From: Phoronis australis
Lineage: Eukaryota > Animalia > Phoronida
Length of the DNA: 64,000 nt
Direction of reading: 5' to 3'
NCBI GenBank assembly: GCA_002633005.1
Contig: NMRA01000118.1
Location: 248,707 to 312,706 of the forward strand
Both the position numbers and the translations under genes were made by a program. The notes beneath the pieces are model-generated. The model was not told where the DNA came from and made no database searches. It was given only the letters and a program-made list of their open reading frames with translations. This document shows, piece after piece, positions 61,801 to 64,000 of this stretch (position 1 is the first letter of the stretch; each line of letters starts with the position of its first letter).

Positions 61801-62608
61801 GGTTGCTTTCGTGGATTCCAAAGAGGAATAGGTAAACAGAGTTAGCCAGCGCGCCGATGATCTCTGAGGAACCAGCAACACCGGCCAACTTCCGTCGTTG
61901 AAGCTTGCGTACACATTTCCCTGGTCAGGATCGAGATGTCTAGTTGCAAAAACTACTGCGTCTCATATGTGTCTCTACGGCAGAGGGTCAGTAGCCTTTA
62001 TTCTACTAAAACAGGAATAAGTTGATCGTATTTTGTAACAGAAGAAACAACTAGACAATGAAGGATTTGATAAATTGGCTCGGAGTCAAATTACAAAAGT
62101 GCTCATGCTCCAGCACTTTGCTGATAACCAAATCGTGTGCAGTTTTTTTTTTGTATCAAGCGCAGTACGGAACACACTCACTAAACCAATTGAAAGAGTT
62201 TTGCTAAACTACTGCTTTCAAGTAATTTAAATTGCAAAAAAAACATCCGAGATGACGTCATAAGGAGAAATTGAACTTTTTAGTGCCTGGCAACCTCAGG
62301 GAGATTAAAATCTCCCTGCGTTGATTCCATTTACAGTACGTGTTCACGATTTACTGAACACATGCGAGGGGATTTTTCTGGAAATTAGAGAAGGCACGGT
62401 TCTTGAGTCGTATATATTTACAGTATGAACATAATAAGCAAATAACATGAAAGTTGGAGTGAGCTTAAAGTTGCATTTCGCCCTGCCTTTTAGCTGTCTA
62501 AAAACGAAAATTGTATTTGGACTTATGCTTTCATAATATCGATTTCATGTTATTTCTTGCCATCGTGATGAGACTCGATTTCCGTTACCAACAGGAGCAT
62601 ATAATCCA

Positions 62609-62771
62609 CAGTGCTGTAGTGGTAAAATTAGAGGTAAGAAGGCGCCCAAAGCCCGCCGTATCACGTACCTTGAGCACTGAGCGTAACTTACGGTGCGTAG
62701 GCGCTACGTTCAAATGCCAAAAGGTGGTTGGCTGCGCCTACGTGTTCTCCGTACGCCCCACTACAGCACTG
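62609..62771. mobile_element. hAT-type MITE, perfect 14-bp TIR, exact 8-bp TSD ataatcca
   Basis: ataatcca|cagtgctgtagtgg...ccactacagcactg|ataatcca. Confidence 0.93.
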
Positions 62772-62854
62772 ATAATCCATCAGCGACTCAAAAAAACTCC
62801 AGTGTATTTGTCTTGACCAACATTAAAGTTAAGAATTCGATGAGAGGGAGCATG

Positions 62855-63172
62855 CAGTTGCGGATTTAGAGGGGGGCCTAGGGGGCCATGCTTCCCCCCC
62901 CCTAAAATTCTCCTAGATTCCATTTGGCAGGTCGGGGTGAGAATTTCTGACTGACATATGCGCTCACCCGGGGGGCTCAGGGACGAAAGCACAATGCATA
63001 TGCCTTGAACAAACCACGTTTACCGTTTTCTTTTTTAGTAATAAGGTCCACAAACCCAAAAATTCGAGACCCCCTACATCCCTACATTTTAGGTTGGACG
63101 CGCAAATGTGGTAAAATTCTGGTTATTCCTGTGTCCTGGCCCCCGTAATTCAAAATCCTGGATCCGCCCCTG
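62855..63172. mobile_element. MITE, CAGGGGCGGATC-type TIR, 5-bp flank repeat gcatg
   Basis: gcatg|cagttgcggattt...ggatccgcccctg|gcatg. Confidence 0.7.
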
Positions 63173-63864
63173 GCATGTGCATGACTTGCATTTCCCGTGA
63201 CTTCAGTTGGTAACGGAAGTTTAATTGTACCTTATTACTCTACCATCGGATCATTGACACAAAAAGTAATGTTTTTCATTACAACTACTGTACTATGAGG
63301 ACATGCTTGCAAACAGAACTATGTGAAGGTTAAAAATGTCCACATGTGAACGTGGGGGAGTTATCGAACGACTTGCCAATAAATTCCTACATAATTTATG
63401 TCATAATAATCTTTATTATTGATTTCATAGTTTCCATTTGCACATCAAAAAAACAAAAAAGCGTTCCTTTGTTCTTACTTTATATTTGTCATCGTTCAAT
63501 ACGAATATGAATTTGAAGTGATGTGTTATTAAGATAAATATAGATTATTACATGGCGAAGTCGTTATCCCCCGTTATCTAGAGCCCGAGTGGATTTTGGA
63601 GAATTATCGCCCGAGGGGCGTAATTATTTAGAGAGGTTAAAACATGTTAAGCTTGTCTATAACATGGTCCCCTAAATCAAACTAGAACAAGGTATAGAAT
63701 ATTAAAAATAAAGTAAATAAAGATAATTTTAGGATGAGATACATATAGATGAGAATGACTAAGTAAAATAGAATGATTATAAATATTAAATGAGATAAGA
63801 AGGATTGTTTAAATACTTCGGTTTCGCTTTCATCTACGCTGCTCTCGGTACGTTTTGTGAATAT

Positions 63865-63914
63865 CTTATATTATCTTATCTTATCTTATCTTATCTTATC
63901 TTATCTTATCTTAT
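63865..63914. repeat. (TCTTA)n microsatellite
   Basis: Direct inspection. Confidence 0.95.
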
Positions 63915-64000
63915 GTCATTATATGTTTGTGGCCCATAGCTGTTGGTCCACATCACGTGATTAAAGGCGATAAAAATTTGTCATATTCAGCTGTAACGTA

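Noticed and set aside
61532-61914. Overlapping 72-112 aa ORFs
   Set aside because: No recognisable motif or convincing splice sites; left unassigned.

Overview
AT-rich animal (probably marine invertebrate) genomic DNA with spliceosomal introns; nothing here is prokaryotic. The window is dominated by one giant minus-strand gene. I rebuilt it by hand from GT-AG junctions into 34 phase-compatible exons (54756 down to <1, about 5.7 kb CDS, about 1900 aa), incomplete at both ends. Its domain order is: Cys-rich module; three tandem ~228-aa helical modules, each encoded by the same 4-exon cassette (phases 1-0-0-2-1); an unassigned domain; a SEA-like domain; DCxGxCxG...DxCGxC Cys repeats; IPT/TIG-like domains; and a REJ (polycystin-1-like) module running off the window start. 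Introns are filled with decayed TEs: a Penelope fragment with a degenerate hammerhead, L1/Tx1 with a nested LINE, CR1-like, several TIR MITE families with 5-, 6- and 8-bp TSDs, tRNA-SINE heads, Helentron/HINE-like elements carrying arrays of CTCF-like motifs, and minisatellites. Three exons have their 3' end and splice donor amplified into tandem decoy donors. Domain names rest on motif recognition, not on database searches.
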